64,000 nt of DNA, from assembly GCA_937920545.1 (NCBI GenBank), contig CAKZUG010000011.1, forward strand, positions 5,975 through 69,974. Reading direction: 5' to 3'. The stretch comes from an uncultured Saccharophagus sp. (GTDB lineage: Bacteria; Pseudomonadota; Gammaproteobacteria; Pseudomonadales; Cellvibrionaceae). The notes beneath the pieces were generated by a model. The model had not been told where the DNA came from and did not search any database. It was given only the letters and a program-made list of their open reading frames with translations. Shown here in pieces: positions 60,336-64,000 of the stretch (position 1 is its first letter; each line of letters begins with the position of its first letter). The translations under genes were made by a program, and so were the position numbers.

Positions 60336-61778
60336 ATGTCTGCTCCATTATCTACTGCCGCTCAAGAGCGCCTCGAAAATTGCTGTTTAGTCCTCGATAT
60401 TGGCAAAACAAACGTTAAATTGCATGTGTTGAGTGCAACCAGTGAGTCAGTATTTAGCACGTCTCGATCAAATAATGTGATTAACGAAGATTTGTACCCC
60501 CATGCCGATGTTAAAGGTATTTGGATTTGGATGAAGTCGGCATTACTTGAGCTAACCGATAAATATCATATTTCATCTATATCGATTACAACGCATGGTG
60601 CAACAGCGGCATTAATAAACCGCAATGCAGTGGATGATGAAGATGGGCTTGTTATGCCCGTACTAGATTATGAATTTGCAGGTATTGAAGAGTTAAACAG
60701 TGAGTACGAAAAAGCGCGTCCCGATTTTGCTCGCACCTACTCGCCAAGCTTGCCCGCTGGTTTGAATTTAGGCCGCCAGCTATTTTGGCAACAGCGCACT
60801 TTTCCCGAAGCGTTTGCCAAGGCGACCGATATTTTATGTTACCCCCAGTATTGGGCGTGGCATTTAACCGGAGCGCTATGTTCAGAGGTGACATCATTGG
60901 GTTGTCATACCGATTTATGGTATCCCGATGACAAAAATTACTCATCACTCGTTGATGGTCAAGGTTGGAGTAAATTATTCCCAGAAATTAAACCTGCCTG
61001 GGATACCGTAGGCGTGATCTCTGAAAAAGTCAGCACTCAAACGGGGTTAGATGCTGGCTGTAAAGTCTATGTAGGTGTGCATGACAGTAATGCAAGCTTT
61101 TTGCGTTATAAGCTAAAGCAGTCAAGCAAGCCATTTACTGTTATTTCGACAGGTACGTGGACTATCTTAATGGCCTCGGGCGTATTTACGGATAATCTCG
61201 ACCCCGCTAAAGATATGCTTGCTAACGTCGATGTGACGAATACGCCTGTAGCTTGTGCGCGCTTTATGGGTGGCCGAGAGTTTGAAGGTATTTGCAAAAC
61301 ATTAGGTGGTCGTTTTGGCGACAGTTTTGATGCGTCTTTGTTGCAATCTTTAATCGATCAAGATGTGTTTGCATTGCCTGATTTTAGCGATGGCAGTGGC
61401 CCATTTGGTGGTCGTAAATCGGAATTTGTCAACCGCGATGCTGATGTGATGAAAGCAGCTGGCAGTGGCGCGGCGTTGGCAACGCTTTATTGTGCGTTAA
61501 TGATGGATTACCAGTTGGATAAATTACAATCTGTCGGCGATATATTTATTGAAGGTGCGTTTTTACAAAACCCGCTAATGTGTGGTTTGCTTTCGCAATT
61601 ACGTGACGAGCAGCTTGTGTGGTTATCGGCCGACGCAACGGGCACGGTGCAGGGTTGTGCCAGCTTAACGCATTGGGAGGACGAGCATAAAAACTTCGAT
61701 TTAGAGAAGCCGCCTGTGGTTAGCTTAAAAAATATTCAAGCGTACAAAAAAGCTTGGTTGGCTCAGTTAGAGGGTTAA
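60336..61778 (+). CDS. rhaK: FGGY-family sugar kinase (rhamnulokinase, RhaK type)
   Basis: LDIGKTNVK, TTHGA, GLNLGRQL, SLGCHTDLW, GVHDSNAS, STGTW, RFMGGREF; rha cluster context. Confidence 0.85.
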   Translation: MSAPLSTAAQERLENCCLVLDIGKTNVKLHVLSATSESVFSTSRSNNVINEDLYPHADVKGIWIWMKSALLELTDKYHISSISITTHGATAALINRNAVDDEDGLVMPVLDYEFAGIEELNSEYEKARPDFARTYSPSLPAGLNLGRQLFWQQRTFPEAFAKATDILCYPQYWAWHLTGALCSEVTSLGCHTDLWYPDDKNYSSLVDGQGWSKLFPEIKPAWDTVGVISEKVSTQTGLDAGCKVYVGVHDSNASFLRYKLKQSSKPFTVISTGTWTILMASGVFTDNLDPAKDMLANVDVTNTPVACARFMGGREFEGICKTLGGRFGDSFDASLLQSLIDQDVFALPDFSDGSGPFGGRKSEFVNRDADVMKAAGSGAALATLYCALMMDYQLDKLQSVGDIFIEGAFLQNPLMCGLLSQLRDEQLVWLSADATGTVQGCASLTHWEDEHKNFDLEKPPVVSLKNIQAYKKAWLAQLEG

Positions 61779-61802
61779 GTCTTTTTGGCTTGATGCAGAA
61801 TC

Positions 61803-64000
61803 ATGTTTATTCACGTTATGCTTAATCTCAGTGGTTTACATCGAGTCAATCGCCCGCAAAATTATGTTATCCACAGCGCTATTTTCATACTGCTGTGGAT
61901 ACTTACCCTTCTTCCGGTTGTAGCTCAGGCGCAACCGACCCCTTCAAAGGTGTATTCATCGACTGTGCCCGCATTGGCGCAAGAGGTTGAAGGGGGGCAA
62001 AAAGAAGATCCGGCGGGTGCGCCAGGACTAGGGCTAAAAAAAGGCTTCAGTCCAGAGGCGTGCGCAACGTGTCATCAGGCCCAGCATGAACAATGGCAAG
62101 CGTCGCACCATGCGAAAGCGATGCTATTACCAAATGCGCAATCGGTTGAGGCCGATTTCAACAATACCCAAGCTAATCATCTGTCTCAGTTTGCTCGCTT
62201 TTCGGTTAATAATCATCGTTATACCGCAAAAGTGTGGAGCGGGAGTGAGCACGATGAGGCGAGCGCGGTGTTTTATGAGGTCAAATATACTTTTGGGGTG
62301 TATCCGTTACAACAATATTTGGTCAGTACAGGTAATGGTCATGTGCATGTTTTGCCTTTTGCGTGGGATACCCGCACGCAACAAGAGGGCGGTCAGCGTT
62401 GGATGCATCTTTATAAAGAGGATATTACGCCTCAAGATCGCCTTCATTGGCAGCAGCCACTTCAAAACTGGAATGGCATGTGTGCAGATTGCCATTCTGA
62501 TGACATTACTCGAAACTATAATCCGCAGACTGAATCGTTTGATACCAAATGGACGCATGTTAGTGTTGGATGTGGGTCATGTCATGATGATTTGCCGAGT
62601 GATCATGCAAAATTTGTTGTCGGTTCTCCTCATGCCGCGTCTAAACCTAAAGTAGATATATCAAGTAAAAGTGAGCTTAATGCTTCTGTTGTCGGGCAGT
62701 GGTTGCGCAGCGATAGCGCGCGTGTTGCGACATGGCAAGGTGAGCCGCGCGACAACAGCTTTATGGATGGTTGTTACGCCTGTCATGCTTTGCGCTCGCC
62801 GCTTACAGATGGTTTTGATTCAAATAAGCCTTTCTTAGATCAGTTTATTCCCACTTATACAAACACGCCTATTTATCATGCGGATGGTCAAATTAAAGAA
62901 GAGGCCTACGTTTATGGCTCGTTTAAACAAAGCAAGATGCATGCGCGTGGAGTTAATTGCCTTGATTGCCATAATAGTCACAGCTATGAATTGAAGTTTG
63001 AAGGCAATAAAGTGTGTACGCAGTGTCATTCTTCTAGCGTGTTTGACTCTACGTTGCACCATGGTCATCAACAAAATACCGAGCCTGCCATGTGTGTCAC
63101 CTGTCATATGCCAGCAGCGACATACATGAATGTCGATGCGCGACGGGATCATAGTTTTAAAGTACCTCGTCCAGATGTATCGCATTTATACGGCACGCCA
63201 AATGTCTGCACATCTTGTCATACCGATAAAACAGCGCAATGGGCCGCAAAGGCTATTTCGGTTCACGCCAAAAAAGACGGTCTGGCGACCACGCAACCGC
63301 TCAGCGAAAATGAGAGAGCATTATTCGATTTGCAAACGGGGCAGGCGCTTGAATATAGTCGGCATCTTTCACTTGTTAAGGATGTAACTATTGCTCCCAT
63401 AAGGCGTGCGGGTGCGTTGGCTATGTTTAGGTTCATGCCTATGTTGCTCAACCCGCGTGATGCACAACCATATATTAATCACAATGAGCCGCTGATGCGT
63501 TTAGCGGTGATTGATGCCCTAGAGGATCAGCCCGGCTATATCAAAGCGGGTTTAATCAGCCCATTGTTAACAGATGCTTATAAAGCCGTGAGGGTGAAGG
63601 CGGCGTTTTCCTTGGCGGGCGTGCCATTAGCTGATGAGTTTTTGCCTGTGTTTAATCGGGCGTTTGATGAGTGGCAGACGAGTAATATACAAATGCAGTT
63701 TAGAGGCGAGGCGCATGTTAATGCCGCGCTTGTTACTCAAAAGCAGCGTAATCAGCAGGCTGCGATTGATGCCTACATTAAATCAATCAGCGTTGACCCG
63801 TACTTTGCTCCTGCCTATGTCAATTTAAGTGATATTTATCGCCAAACTGGGCAGGTAGGTGAGGAGGGTGAGTTGCTCGCCAGTGCAGTTAGATTGCTGC
63901 CGCAGTCTGCCGTGGTGCATTACGGTTATGGTTTATTTTTTGTTAGGCAAAAGCAGTTGTCAAAAGCTATAGCCTGGTTAAAGCGTGCGCACATTATTGA
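61803..64000 (+). CDS. Exported octaheme c-type cytochrome with C-terminal HEAT/TPR repeats (runs off the window; not in ORF track)
   Basis: Frame from ATG 61803; signal peptide ending AQA; eight in-frame CxxCH motifs at 62061, 62481, 62571, 62772, 62958, 63015, 63093 and 63207; TPR-like DPYFAPAYVNLSDIYR. Confidence 0.9.
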   Translation, partial: MFIHVMLNLSGLHRVNRPQNYVIHSAIFILLWILTLLPVVAQAQPTPSKVYSSTVPALAQEVEGGQKEDPAGAPGLGLKKGFSPEACATCHQAQHEQWQASHHAKAMLLPNAQSVEADFNNTQANHLSQFARFSVNNHRYTAKVWSGSEHDEASAVFYEVKYTFGVYPLQQYLVSTGNGHVHVLPFAWDTRTQQEGGQRWMHLYKEDITPQDRLHWQQPLQNWNGMCADCHSDDITRNYNPQTESFDTKWTHVSVGCGSCHDDLPSDHAKFVVGSPHAASKPKVDISSKSELNASVVGQWLRSDSARVATWQGEPRDNSFMDGCYACHALRSPLTDGFDSNKPFLDQFIPTYTNTPIYHADGQIKEEAYVYGSFKQSKMHARGVNCLDCHNSHSYELKFEGNKVCTQCHSSSVFDSTLHHGHQQNTEPAMCVTCHMPAATYMNVDARRDHSFKVPRPDVSHLYGTPNVCTSCHTDKTAQWAAKAISVHAKKDGLATTQPLSENERALFDLQTGQALEYSRHLSLVKDVTIAPIRRAGALAMFRFMPMLLNPRDAQPYINHNEPLMRLAVIDALEDQPGYIKAGLISPLLTDAYKAVRVKAAFSLAGVPLADEFLPVFNRAFDEWQTSNIQMQFRGEAHVNAALVTQKQRNQQAAIDAYIKSISVDPYFAPAYVNLSDIYRQTGQVGEEGELLASAVRLLPQSAVVHYGYGLFFVRQKQLSKAIAWLKRAHII

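Noticed and set aside
62086-63828. Short ORFs in the track (62086-62655, 63130-63387, 63634-63828 and antisense ones)
   Set aside because: Alternative frames over the continuous octaheme cytochrome frame starting at 61803

Overview
64 kb of a gammaproteobacterial chromosome. A poly-serine-linker lipoprotein, CBM-like modules and the ribosomal protein sequences suggest a marine polysaccharide degrader of the Cellvibrionaceae type; this placement is inference. In order: a partial renalase-like flavoprotein; a mannitol/mannonate dehydrogenase; the full S10-spc-alpha ribosomal cluster (rpsJ..rplQ, including rpmJ, which the ORF track missed); a six-gene glycogen operon (malQ-glgB-glgX-glgP-glgC-glgA); uvrA; a poly-Ser lipoprotein with two CBM15-like domains; GtrA, MFS and ssb; several transporters; a Tat-exported GFOR-like oxidoreductase; an AT-rich signalling trio (solute-binding protein, MCP, diguanylate cyclase); slyD; a RAPP-ended DUF2946-like leader ORF ahead of a Met-rich outer-membrane protein; fghA-frmA; a Rhizobium-type L-rhamnose cluster with an NCS1-family permease; and a partial octaheme cytochrome c/TPR protein. 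No tRNA, rRNA gene, IS element, prophage or CRISPR array was seen. The best leads are (1) a 49-nt 23S rRNA H19/H20 mimic between rpsJ and rplC, (2) a probable metal-sensing RAPP arrest-peptide system with a His-repeat linker and a switch-like spacer RNA, (3) a non-catalytic tandem CBM15-like surface lipoprotein, (4) a candidate NCS1-type rhamnose transporter and (5) the octaheme-TPR cytochrome next to the rhamnulokinase. All family assignments come from motif recognition and recalled sequences, not database searches.
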